NCBI GenBank assembly: GCA_963667845.2
Contig: CAXXVL010000002.1
Coordinates: forward strand, 3,072,001 to 3,136,000
Reading direction: 5' to 3'
DNA length: 64,000 bases
Source of the DNA: Smithellaceae bacterium
Lineage (GTDB): Bacteria > Desulfobacterota > Syntrophia > Syntrophales > Smithellaceae
Shown: one piece after another, positions 50,519 through 59,909 of the stretch
Numbering within the stretch: position 1 is the first letter of the stretch
Layout: every line of letters begins with the position of its first letter
Translations under genes and position numbers: made by a program
The notes under the pieces: generated by a model
What the model was told of the DNA's origin: nothing
The model's input: the letters and a program-made list of their open reading frames with translations, nothing else
Databases searched by the model: none

Positions 50519-51319
50519 ATGGGAGACATTCTTTTACAGCTCAATAATATTTCCGTCGTCTATTCCAACGTGATTCAAGTTTTAAAAGGCGTATCGCTTT
50601 CTGTGGAAAGGGGCCAGATTGTGTCGCTCCTCGGCAGCAATGGTGCGGGAAAGACGACGACGCTCAAAGCGATCTCAGGCTTGTTGAAACCGGAAAACGG
50701 AGAGGTTACAGACGGCAGCATTATATACAACGGCGTCAACATCCAAAATCAGGCTCCGGAATTTATTACCCGTCAGGGCATCATCCAGGTGCTGGAAGGC
50801 CGTCAGCCATTTAAATATCTGACGATCGAAGAAAATTTGCGAGTCGGCACGGCCACAAGGCCGGGCAAGCCTTACAAGCAGGACCTGGAACTTGTCTACC
50901 ACTATTTTCCTGCGCTGGTAACGAGAAGGAAAGCGCTGGCGGGTTATTGCAGCGGAGGGGAGCTGCAGATGTTGGTGATCGGACGGGCGCTGATGGCGCA
51001 TCCGCAGCTTTTGATGCTGGACGAACCCTCGCTCGGACTTGCGCCGCTGGTGGTTCAGGAAATCTTTCGCATTATCAAAAAAATCAATGAGGAGCACGCC
51101 ACAACGATCGTGCTGGTCGAACAAAACGCCCATATGGCGCTGCAGGTTGCTCATTACGGCTACGTCATGGAAAACGGGAAAATTGTAATGGAAGGCTCGT
51201 CACAAGAGTTGTCGGGCAATCCGGACGTCAAAGAGTTCTATCTGGGAATGGCGGCAACCGGGCTGGCGAAATCCTATAAAGACGTTAAAGCCTACCGCCG
51301 CCGCAAACGCTGGCTGTAA
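50519..51319 (+). CDS. LivF-like ABC ATPase
   Basis: GSNGAGKTT, SGGE.QM, DEPSLGLAP, VEQNA, EFYLG. Confidence 0.9.
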   Translation: MGDILLQLNNISVVYSNVIQVLKGVSLSVERGQIVSLLGSNGAGKTTTLKAISGLLKPENGEVTDGSIIYNGVNIQNQAPEFITRQGIIQVLEGRQPFKYLTIEENLRVGTATRPGKPYKQDLELVYHYFPALVTRRKALAGYCSGGELQMLVIGRALMAHPQLLMLDEPSLGLAPLVVQEIFRIIKKINEEHATTIVLVEQNAHMALQVAHYGYVMENGKIVMEGSSQELSGNPDVKEFYLGMAATGLAKSYKDVKAYRRRKRWL

Positions 51320-51373
51320 AAGACGGATTCGCGGCCAAAGTTGACGGTTTTGAATACATGAGGATCGGCACGA

Positions 51374-51760
51374 TTACACCGGATCAGAAGACGATCCCCG
51401 ATCGGCGTCGGTCCCAGCGCACGGCATCATTTTTTTGCCAAGTTGATATGCATCAATAATCGATAGAATCCACAATAACGCAATTAACAGCAGCATGCAC
51501 AAAAAATACCGAAGGTCGATTGTCTTCAGCGCTTTCAGGGTCACATCAATGACCTGCGTTAATTGAACTGTTCCCTTCTTAAAGGGCGCGGCCTTGATGA
51601 TGTTAGCGCCCACATGAACCACCATCGATGCTAAAACGATTATTCCGAAGAGAACGGGTAAAAGGAAGACCAGTCCGCGTTTGTAGCGTTTGAGATAAAA
51701 TTGTCCCCAACCGGGAAAAAGAAGAGCGTTGAACAGGGCTGCTTTAGTCGCCGTATCCAT
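51374..51760 (-). CDS. Small membrane protein (DUF5683-like)
   Basis: A.L...LFPG.GQFYL.R..RG, W..SIIDAY. Confidence 0.65.
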   Translation of the reverse strand: MDTATKAALFNALLFPGWGQFYLKRYKRGLVFLLPVLFGIIVLASMVVHVGANIIKAAPFKKGTVQLTQVIDVTLKALKTIDLRYFLCMLLLIALLWILSIIDAYQLGKKMMPCAGTDADRGSSSDPV

Positions 51761-51770
51761 AGCTTTATCC

Positions 51771-53510
51771 TTAGGCAGAAATTGCGGCATCTCTGATTTT
51801 CAGCTGGATGTCGGATGAACCATTCCAGTAATTAATCTGAGGAGAGAAAACAACATCCAAATTTGCTCCATTGAGAGCGGTGAGATATTTTCCCATGCCG
51901 AACCAGATGGCATTGCAGGATGCAGCATTCGACGTGAGGCGCAATTTGAGATGATTGTTCCCGACGATGACGGGTGATGAGGCTTTAATGTTCCGGGCGC
52001 AAAGAATCGGTTCGGGGTTTTCGCAGCCGAAGGGCGCAAGCCTTGTCATCTGCTGAATCAGATCAAGATTAATATCTTGAAGATCGCATTCAGCGTCAAT
52101 GAAGGTATGCGAAACCATTTCGGAAGATTCAACGGAATTCCGGATGATTTCATCGAGCATGCACGCGAACTCATCGATGTCATCCTCCTTAATGGAAATA
52201 CCCGCTGCCCGATAGTGACCGCCGTAAGATAACAGAAGCGGAGCACATTGCTGCAATCCCTTGTGAATGTTAAAATCGGACACACTGCGTCCGGAACCTT
52301 TTCCTATGCCATTTTTCAAACTGATCACGAACGCCGGACGGCTGTATAAATCCACGAGACGGGACGCGACGATGCCCACGACTCCCGGATGCCATTTTTC
52401 TGAAGAAAAGACGAGCGCGTTCATATTTTCCAGGTCAGGATTCGACCCCAGCTGGCCAAGAATTTCGTTCAGGATATCTCTTTCCATCGCCTGGCGCCTT
52501 CGATTATGCAAATCCAGCTTTTCAGCCAGAGGGCGAGCCACGTCCAGCGTTTCCGCCAGGAGCAGATCAACAGCATCGAGCGGCGAGGCAATTCTTCCCG
52601 CGGCATTAATGCGGGGAATCAGGCAAAAAGAAGCCTTGAACGAGTCAACGATTTGTCCGTCTATTCCGCTCACTTCCTTCAGAGCCTTGATTCCCGGACG
52701 CTTTCCTTCCGTCACCAGTTCCAGACCTATTTTAGCAAATATCCTGTTTTCACCAACGAGCGGCGCAATATCGCCAATCGTCCCCAGGGCGACAATATCG
52801 AGATATTCTTTCAAATTTGGATATCGGCCTTCTCCCCAGAAGCCCTCCTTGCGCAGCGAGCCGCGAAGGGCGATCAGAAAGTTGAAAGCAATTCCGACAC
52901 CGGCCAGATGTTTGAAAGGAAATGAGCAATCGCCGCGATTCGGATTAATGCAGGCGACGGCGACCGGCAAATGATCGGCTATTTCATGATGATCCAGGAC
53001 AATGGTATCGATACCGATGGACTGGGCGTACGCAATTTGTTCCACATCGGAAATTCCGCAATCCACAGTAATAATCAGCTTGACGTTTTTGCTTTTAAAC
53101 TGATCAATCACCGGAACTTTCAGACCATAACCTTCCTGCACTCTGTCCGGAATATAGTAGGATACGTGTTCGGTCAGTTTCTTTATAAAGCTGTAAAGAA
53201 TGACGACAGAGGTAATGCCATCCGCATCGTAATCGCCGTAAATGATGATTTCTTCCCCGGCATAAATAGCCTTCATCAGGCGACAGACGCCTTTTTTCAT
53301 GTCCTGCATCAGGAAAGGGCTAAGCAGATCATTGAGGGAAGGATTGAGGTAATGATGCGCATCTTCCAGACTGGCAACATGACGGTTCAACATCAGTTGA
53401 GAAATGATCCGGTTGACTCCGAATTCTTTCGCTAACGATTCCTCTATATTTTTATGGCCGGTGTCTTTGAGCTTCCAGTGCGTTACCGGCAGACGTCCTT
53501 CTTCAATCAT
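51771..53510 (-). CDS. recJ: ssDNA-specific exonuclease RecJ
   Basis: GDYDADG, TVDCG, DHH, PRINAAGR, GSGRS, GGH..AAG; start codon uncertain. Confidence 0.95.
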   Translation of the reverse strand: MIEEGRLPVTHWKLKDTGHKNIEESLAKEFGVNRIISQLMLNRHVASLEDAHHYLNPSLNDLLSPFLMQDMKKGVCRLMKAIYAGEEIIIYGDYDADGITSVVILYSFIKKLTEHVSYYIPDRVQEGYGLKVPVIDQFKSKNVKLIITVDCGISDVEQIAYAQSIGIDTIVLDHHEIADHLPVAVACINPNRGDCSFPFKHLAGVGIAFNFLIALRGSLRKEGFWGEGRYPNLKEYLDIVALGTIGDIAPLVGENRIFAKIGLELVTEGKRPGIKALKEVSGIDGQIVDSFKASFCLIPRINAAGRIASPLDAVDLLLAETLDVARPLAEKLDLHNRRRQAMERDILNEILGQLGSNPDLENMNALVFSSEKWHPGVVGIVASRLVDLYSRPAFVISLKNGIGKGSGRSVSDFNIHKGLQQCAPLLLSYGGHYRAAGISIKEDDIDEFACMLDEIIRNSVESSEMVSHTFIDAECDLQDINLDLIQQMTRLAPFGCENPEPILCARNIKASSPVIVGNNHLKLRLTSNAASCNAIWFGMGKYLTALNGANLDVVFSPQINYWNGSSDIQLKIRDAAISA

Positions 53511-53687
53511 GTCTTCTTCTTTAGAATTATTTTCACACCGCATCATATCAGTGACAAATCTTATGTCAAGTCTTCATTACTTATTATCGGGATATTTTTG
53601 ATGATCTTTCAGTTTTCAGAGAGAAACCCGCCCCCACATCTTCGCTTCTTGCTCTTTAAAAAAATAAGTGATAAATTTATACATGTG

Positions 53688-53921
53688 ATGATCAGAAAAT
53701 GGTTTAAAATAAACAAGGGTGATATCACAATTGTCCAATTCATCCTCGAAGGATATGAGGGGTTCGCCACCGTCTCAACGATTGACCCCCAAACTGCAAT
53801 TCTTCAAGTTTTAATTATACCGGAGTTTATCGAAGACGTGGATGGCATTCTGGATCACCTGAAAGACCAGTTTAAGCTTCAGGAAATGGCCGCAGGCGGC
53901 CAGCAGGCGCTCCCATGCTGA
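53688..53921 (+). CDS. DUF4911-like small protein
   Basis: I..VQFILEGYEG.ATVSTID; only the 3' part of the tracked ORF is plausible. Confidence 0.7.
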   Translation: MIRKWFKINKGDITIVQFILEGYEGFATVSTIDPQTAILQVLIIPEFIEDVDGILDHLKDQFKLQEMAAGGQQALPC

Positions 53922-54703
53922 TGTTGACTCACACCTGTTTATTGCAGCAGATCATGAGCGAGTCCAATATCCGCCACTGCGATCCGGACATATACATTTA
54001 CAACATTGCTCCGGATCTGCTGACGATTCATCCGGGGATCAGTGCAAATCAGACCCACTCCATTCAAAGGTTCATTCAATCGCCTCAAAATCATCAACGC
54101 GTGTCCTATATCATGTTTCATCTTTTGGTAGATGATCTGGCACATTATGGAAATATTTCCCTGGCCCATCATGAAGGGTTTGATCCGCATTCTTCAGGCT
54201 ATACTTATCTCAAAGGACGGCACTTGATCGCGTCAATTATTAATATGCATAAAATCATCGAGCGGGACATTACCTATAGTGAGGCAGCTTATCGTTCTCA
54301 TCTCATTATTGAAATGATTTATGACTTGGTGATTTTGTCCCATATTCAAAAAAACAAGTCCATTGAGCTTTTAGAGGAGGCGATTCATTTCACATTGGAC
54401 AACAAGGCGAAAGAATTTTGCGAAGACATTGCCTGGCTTTACGGCATTGCAAAAGACGATGTATTGGAGGTTTTGAAAAACGCCGTATCCTACATTACAA
54501 AAGGAAGAATGGAGCGCATTATGAACATCGAAGGCCGAATTCGTCTTTTCACGGACAAATTCGGCCTGAGAAATGATAATTCAATGTTTGCCGCAGCGAT
54601 CCAAACTCTATTTCAAGACGCCTTGAATTCCATTGAAAATGAAGATTTCCTTCACGAGACCGCGACAACCATCAGAGATTATGGTTGGCTTCCTACAGTC
54701 TAA
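53915..54703 (+). CDS. Hypothetical protein, possible zinc-dependent phospholipase C fold
   Basis: N-terminal TH, N.APD, H...D...H and H...E...D metal-ligand pattern. Confidence 0.6.
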   Translation: MLMLTHTCLLQQIMSESNIRHCDPDIYIYNIAPDLLTIHPGISANQTHSIQRFIQSPQNHQRVSYIMFHLLVDDLAHYGNISLAHHEGFDPHSSGYTYLKGRHLIASIINMHKIIERDITYSEAAYRSHLIIEMIYDLVILSHIQKNKSIELLEEAIHFTLDNKAKEFCEDIAWLYGIAKDDVLEVLKNAVSYITKGRMERIMNIEGRIRLFTDKFGLRNDNSMFAAAIQTLFQDALNSIENEDFLHETATTIRDYGWLPTV

Positions 54704-54897
54704 CTTGCTTTTTTGACGAAACCGGAACGAATGCACCGCGTGCATGCCTTCACTCTTTTTACGGCTCCTGTTTTCTCGTCAATACACCGTAACTTCTGGA
54801 GGTTCGGACGCCAGACGACCCGGCTTTTATTGTTGGCATGGCTGACATTGTTTCCGATGGCCGGTTTTTTTCCGCAAACTTCACAAATTCGAGACAT
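54700..54897 (-). CDS. rpmB: 50S ribosomal protein L28
   Basis: [32 protein letters not shown]. Confidence 0.96.
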   Translation of the reverse strand: MSRICEVCGKKPAIGNNVSHANNKSRVVWRPNLQKLRCIDEKTGAVKRVKACTRCIRSGFVKKAS

Positions 54898-55098
54898 ACA
54901 AATAACTCCTTCTAAAATTGTGCGTCGTTACTAAACCACAACACTCTATTTTGCAAGCATTTTCTGCACAACTTGAAAAGTATTTTCAGCCGTAATTGCC
55001 GTTTACTCACCAAGCTGCGGGGAAGACGCAGATCTTTTGACAAGCACGCGGCAGTCTAAGGTTAGGCAATGGGTGAGATTGCTCTTCCGGTATGTCAT

Positions 55099-56403
55099 TT
55101 ATCCCTTTTTCCTCATCTCCGCCGGTTGACCGGTAATTTCCAGTACCCGGAGCCAGGGATTGCCCTGAGGGTCAATCTGTCTGCCTGACGTCGCAGCGGA
55201 TAACGGCAGATGGACGTATTCGTTGTTTCTGAGAGCTACCAGAAGACCCGTTTTCCCGGCCAAGGCGGCATGGACAGAGTATTGCCCAAGCGAACTGCAA
55301 TAAATGCTGTCTGCGGCATTGGCCGGAACTGAGCGGATGAGGTAGCTGGGTTCTATATATTTTAAATTGATTTTGAGGTTGTTCTTATTGAAGTGATGTT
55401 CAATGGCGTTTTTAAGAAACAAGCCGATGTCATGAAGACGGACGTTACCCGATGCGTCGGTTTTTCGTTGACCGGAATACTGCTCCATCAGTTCCTGTCC
55501 GGCACCTTCCGCCACCAGAATAACGGCGTGTCCGCGCGCTCTGATCCTGTCCTCCAGTGACCTTAAGAACCCCGTATCGCCATCCAGGTCAAACGGCACT
55601 TCCGGAATCAGAACGAAGTTGACGTCCCCCTGAGCCAGGGCCGCGGTTGCCGTGATATAGCCGGACAAGCGGCCCATGATTTTAACCAGGCAGATGCCGT
55701 TTAATGCGCCCTTGGCTTCCACGTGGGCGCATCTGACGGCTTCCACTGTTTTCTCTATCGCCGTGTCAAAACCGAAAGATTTTTCGATCAGGTTAAGATC
55801 ATTGTCAATTGTCTTGGGAATACCGATTACAGCAACTGGAGCGTTTCTTTTCTTGATTTCGGCAGTTAATTTTTCTGCCGCCCGCATGGTTCCGTCGCCG
55901 CCGACGCAAAAAAGGATATTGACGTTCAGACGTTGCAGGTAGTCCACCATGATCTGGACATCTTGCGGGCCACGGGACATGGAGAGAATACTGCCCCCGA
56001 TATGGGTGATGTCTTTGACAAAACCCGGCGTCAGATTGACCGGCTCTTCTCCGGAAGCAGGATTCAGTCCGAGCAAACCGTATTTAATCCCGAAGATTTT
56101 TTTTACGCCATAACGATAAAAAAGCGTCATTGTCAAGGAGCGGATCACATCATTGATTCCGGGACAGAGACCGCCGCACGTAACGATCGCCGCTGTCGTT
56201 TTAGCCGGATCAAAATAAATCTTTCTCCGCGGACCCGCCAGTTCCAGAGATAAAGGACGTCCCGTGGAGTCCAGGCTTTCAGTATAATCATTCAATCGTG
56301 TGTTAAATAGTACCCGGTCGGCATCCGACGCAAAGGTGCTGACGCTGAGCGGTGAATCGATCCGGCAGGGGCCAAGATACGGAATCGCAAAATCATGAGT
56401 CAT
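55099..56403 (-). CDS. pfkA: ATP-dependent 6-phosphofructokinase (group X-like)
   Basis: TCGGLCPG.N, GGDGT, PKTIDND, MGR, AEGAG. Confidence 0.92.
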   Translation of the reverse strand: MTHDFAIPYLGPCRIDSPLSVSTFASDADRVLFNTRLNDYTESLDSTGRPLSLELAGPRRKIYFDPAKTTAAIVTCGGLCPGINDVIRSLTMTLFYRYGVKKIFGIKYGLLGLNPASGEEPVNLTPGFVKDITHIGGSILSMSRGPQDVQIMVDYLQRLNVNILFCVGGDGTMRAAEKLTAEIKKRNAPVAVIGIPKTIDNDLNLIEKSFGFDTAIEKTVEAVRCAHVEAKGALNGICLVKIMGRLSGYITATAALAQGDVNFVLIPEVPFDLDGDTGFLRSLEDRIRARGHAVILVAEGAGQELMEQYSGQRKTDASGNVRLHDIGLFLKNAIEHHFNKNNLKINLKYIEPSYLIRSVPANAADSIYCSSLGQYSVHAALAGKTGLLVALRNNEYVHLPLSAATSGRQIDPQGNPWLRVLEITGQPAEMRKKG

Positions 56404-56407
56404 GGAA

Positions 56408-57856
56408 TCATTTCCTTCTATTTATGACCTGCAGTGCCGCGTTCTTACCGGACATCATCTCCGCATCAAAACCGGCATCCGTCAGCAGTGATGTTCCCGT
56501 CAGAAATATATTTCCGAATCGTGTCCTGTTGCTCTTAGCAGCAAATGAAGTCAAGAGAGCATTTCGCACCTTATACTTCGGTGAGGCGACCTTCCGATAG
56601 GCAAGCGAGATATCGATCGACTGGTCAAGATTGTCCAGTTCGATGTTTTCCTTCAGGAAGGGAAGAAAGTCTTCGAGCCTCAGCAACACGGAATGCGCTT
56701 CACGCTTCAAGGCATCACGCGTCCAATTTTCTTCGCCATCCTCGCGGAAGACAGTCGCCGTAAGAGATATCCTGGCCTGCTTGAGAGGCAAATTGTTTTC
56801 GGGCAGGCCGGTTTCGAGAATAATCAAGTTGCCGTCGTGAATATCTTTCGCGGTATCTGTAACCAAAGCGATATGTCTGGCGATTTGTTCGGGCAGGCAT
56901 TTCTCGGCGATGCCCAGATAGATCGTGAAGGGGTAATGAACAATTTTCGCCGGCCGAAACCAATCGGAAATATTGACAGACCTGTTACCGGTCCTGAGTA
57001 GCAAAAGACTATCTGATTTGGTGGTGATAATCAGATTCCGCCCTGACACCTGGCTTGATTCGCCAGTTGGTGCTTTGATTGTGAGCTCGATCGGATTATT
57101 TCTGGTTATCGACGAAACCTGGTAATTATTCAGGTACAGCCCCTTATTCGATTCAAGTTTTTCGATAAGAGCGTTGAATAAGAATTGTTTCCCTTGGGCA
57201 AAATATGAAATCCCGCGAAAAGGGGCACAATACTGGTAGGACGATGCAAAAGAAAACAAATCATCATTATTGAAGGAAAGCAGCGCTTGCTGGGCTTCCC
57301 ACACTTTTTCCAGGGAAGGATTTTGCGACAAGATTTTATCGAATTTGGCAGCACTGAATTTATACCGGAAAATATGCGGAAAAATTTTCAAATAGGAGAA
57401 ATATTCTTTGAGATTTTGCGGCTGAATCTGCGGATGTTCGGCTATCCACTTTTGAAAAATAGCCGAAGCGTCGGTTGCCGCGCGATAAAAGTCTCTGATC
57501 TCCGAATCCAATTCGGGAAATTCTCGGGCGAGTTCGGTCGTAAGCGTTAATGACTCATTATAGAAATCAATGCGATGGTCGGGCAGTATCACTTGAAAGG
57601 CCGGATTAATGGCTGTTGCAGAATCGGCGGCTTCGGGCACGGTGATGCCCAAGTCGGATAAAATGGAAAGCCCCGGCTGGTCCGGTCCCAGACCGGTGAT
57701 TGGCGTGGAATCGATATTGAAAACAAAATCATCCAGCAGTTGCAATCCGCCCAGTCCGCTTTCCGCGATAAGCAGCGTATGGAGACCGTGGTTACTGGCG
57801 CAGGCAGCTGCGACATGCGAAGACAGATCATCCCCGATGACAATCAGATCGTACAT
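56408..57856 (-). CDS. Phytoene-dehydrogenase-like flavoprotein fold with a degenerate FAD motif
   Basis: YDLIVIGDDLSS, FQVILPDHRIDF, RT...NIFL.G. Confidence 0.65.
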   Translation of the reverse strand: MYDLIVIGDDLSSHVAAACASNHGLHTLLIAESGLGGLQLLDDFVFNIDSTPITGLGPDQPGLSILSDLGITVPEAADSATAINPAFQVILPDHRIDFYNESLTLTTELAREFPELDSEIRDFYRAATDASAIFQKWIAEHPQIQPQNLKEYFSYLKIFPHIFRYKFSAAKFDKILSQNPSLEKVWEAQQALLSFNNDDLFSFASSYQYCAPFRGISYFAQGKQFLFNALIEKLESNKGLYLNNYQVSSITRNNPIELTIKAPTGESSQVSGRNLIITTKSDSLLLLRTGNRSVNISDWFRPAKIVHYPFTIYLGIAEKCLPEQIARHIALVTDTAKDIHDGNLIILETGLPENNLPLKQARISLTATVFREDGEENWTRDALKREAHSVLLRLEDFLPFLKENIELDNLDQSIDISLAYRKVASPKYKVRNALLTSFAAKSNRTRFGNIFLTGTSLLTDAGFDAEMMSGKNAALQVINRRK

Positions 57857-57884
57857 GAATGAATAGTTGCCTCCAAGTCAGGTC

Positions 57885-57988
57885 GAATCAACCACCTCGC
57901 AGCAAGCTGTCGAAGTATGAAATGAACGTTATTATATCGCAGCAAGCGACGGAGAATTAACTCTCGTCCCGAGTGAGCGGGATTAAAA
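57885..57988 (+). repeat. ~104-bp palindromic miniature element, copy C
   Basis: Two TCGCAGCAAGC hairpin units; matches 7351-7454 (reverse) and 44161-44223. Confidence 0.9.
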
Positions 57989-57996
57989 AAGATCCG

Positions 57997-58659
57997 TCAA
58001 GCGTCAAGCGGCGGATTATGGATCACAGCAGCGTCGATGTTTTTGGTGTTCTTTATTTCGACATGGCGGCCATTCTTGACGATTCTGCCTTCTGCAAAAT
58101 AACGGATGGCTTGCGGATAAATGCGATGTTCCTCTTTTAATATCCTGGCAGCAAGCGTATCCGCGGTATCATCTGCAAGCACCGGCACAACGGCTTGAAT
58201 AATAATGGGGCCGGTATCCACGCCGTCGTCAACAAAGTGGACAGTGCAACCGGAAAATTTCGCACCGTGATCCAGTGCCTTCTGCTGCACGTGCGTGCCG
58301 GGGAACGCCGGCAGCAGGGCAGGGTGGATATTGATAATTCTTTCGGGAAAAGCGCGCAAAAAAATCGGAGTAAGAATCCGCATAAACCCGGCCAGTACGA
58401 CTAAATCGACCTTGGCATCCTTAAGAAGCCTGGTGAGTTCTCTGTCAAATTCTTCCCGGTCGGAGAAATCGCGGTGTCTTAAAACTGCATAGGGGATGCC
58501 ATGCTTTTCGGCTCTTGAAAGACCATAGGCTTCGGGATTATTGCTTATAACGATTTTGATCTGCGCGGAAAGCATTCCTTTTTCAATATGATCGATGATG
58601 GACTGAAGGTTGGAGCCGCTTCCGGATATCAGAACACCCAATTTGAGAAGTTCAGCCAT
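57997..58659 (-). CDS. purN: Phosphoribosylglycinamide formyltransferase
   Basis: SGSGSNLQ, LAGFMRIL, NIHPALLP, GCTVH.VD..VDTGP. Confidence 0.96.
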   Translation of the reverse strand: MAELLKLGVLISGSGSNLQSIIDHIEKGMLSAQIKIVISNNPEAYGLSRAEKHGIPYAVLRHRDFSDREEFDRELTRLLKDAKVDLVVLAGFMRILTPIFLRAFPERIINIHPALLPAFPGTHVQQKALDHGAKFSGCTVHFVDDGVDTGPIIIQAVVPVLADDTADTLAARILKEEHRIYPQAIRYFAEGRIVKNGRHVEIKNTKNIDAAVIHNPPLDA

Positions 58660-58669
58660 AGATCCGCCG

Positions 58670-59737
58670 CTAAATATCCGTGAAGCAAACCGACTCCTGT
58701 TTGTCTTCCTTCTTTTCAACCACACCGATCAGATGAGCTGTTTCCCCAAGCACTTTCAGGCGGTCGAGAATTTCCTGAGATTCTTTTTCCGAGACAATCA
58801 TCATCATACCGATGCCCATATTAAAAACCCGGAACATCTCCTTTTCTTCCACGTGACCTATATTTTGAATGACCGAAAATATCGGAGGAACCTTCCAGCT
58901 GTTTCGTGAGATGACGCAGCGGCAGACGTCCGGAATGATGCGGGGAATATTATCATAAAAACCGCCTCCGGTTATATGAACCAATCCTTTGATGTTAAAA
59001 CTTTTGAAAATGTTCAAAAGAGACTTGACGTAAATCCGTGTCGGTTCGAGGAGTTCCAAGCCGATTGATCTAGACAGTTCCGGTACCGAATCATTCATCG
59101 AGAGCCGGCCTTTTTCCAAAAGCACTTTGCGAGCCAATGAGAACCCGTTGCTGTGCAGGCCGCTGGAGGCAAGGCCGATCAGCCTGTCGTTGATGCTGAT
59201 CATGGAACCGTCTATGAGTTTTTCCTGTTCGACAACGCCTACACAAAAACCGGCGAGGTCGTAATCGCCTTCTTGGTAGAATCCGGGCATCTCCGCTGTT
59301 TCCCCGCCCAGCAGCGTGCACCCGGCTTGTTTGCAGCCCTGAACGATCCCATCAACGATCTGCACGCTCTTTTCTAATTCAATCTTGCCGGTGGCCAGAT
59401 AATCCAGGAAGAACAGGGGCTCCGCACCCTGGACAACAACATCATTGACCGACATAGCGACCAGATCTATACCGATCGTATCGTGCTTATCCATCAGCTG
59501 GGCGATTTTAAGTTTTGTGCCCACACCGTCAGTCGAAGAAACCAGAACCGGATTTTTCATTTTTGCAGCATCAAAACGAAACAATCCTCCGAAGCCCCCA
59601 ATACCGGATATTAATTCCTTACGGGCCGTTGTTTTAATCAGAGGTTTGATTCGTTCGACAAAGGCATTTGCTGTGTCAATATTTACACCAGCGTCTTTGT
59701 AAGTAGATGCTTTGGACTTAATTGATTTGGTTGACAT
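58670..59737 (-). CDS. purM: Phosphoribosylformylglycinamidine cyclo-ligase
   Basis: Y.DAGV.I, TDGVGTK, GGETAEMPG, SSGLHSNG, HITGGG, FNMG. Confidence 0.97.
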   Translation of the reverse strand: MSTKSIKSKASTYKDAGVNIDTANAFVERIKPLIKTTARKELISGIGGFGGLFRFDAAKMKNPVLVSSTDGVGTKLKIAQLMDKHDTIGIDLVAMSVNDVVVQGAEPLFFLDYLATGKIELEKSVQIVDGIVQGCKQAGCTLLGGETAEMPGFYQEGDYDLAGFCVGVVEQEKLIDGSMISINDRLIGLASSGLHSNGFSLARKVLLEKGRLSMNDSVPELSRSIGLELLEPTRIYVKSLLNIFKSFNIKGLVHITGGGFYDNIPRIIPDVCRCVISRNSWKVPPIFSVIQNIGHVEEKEMFRVFNMGIGMMMIVSEKESQEILDRLKVLGETAHLIGVVEKKEDKQESVCFTDI

Positions 59738-59909
59738 ATTACTCCATAAAATGCGATAAATTCTTTAAATGAAAATAGATGGTCATGATCTAACGTAAAT
59801 CAGTGCCTGTGTCAATCATTGACTTGCACAATTAAAAAATATTTGTTAAAAAAACCAGCAATTTCCATAAATTATTTCAATTCCCTTTCCGCCTTTCGGA
59901 GATTTGTAA

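Noticed and set aside
53454..53687. 5' extension of the DUF4911-like ORF
   Set aside because: It overlaps the recJ start and the divergent promoter region
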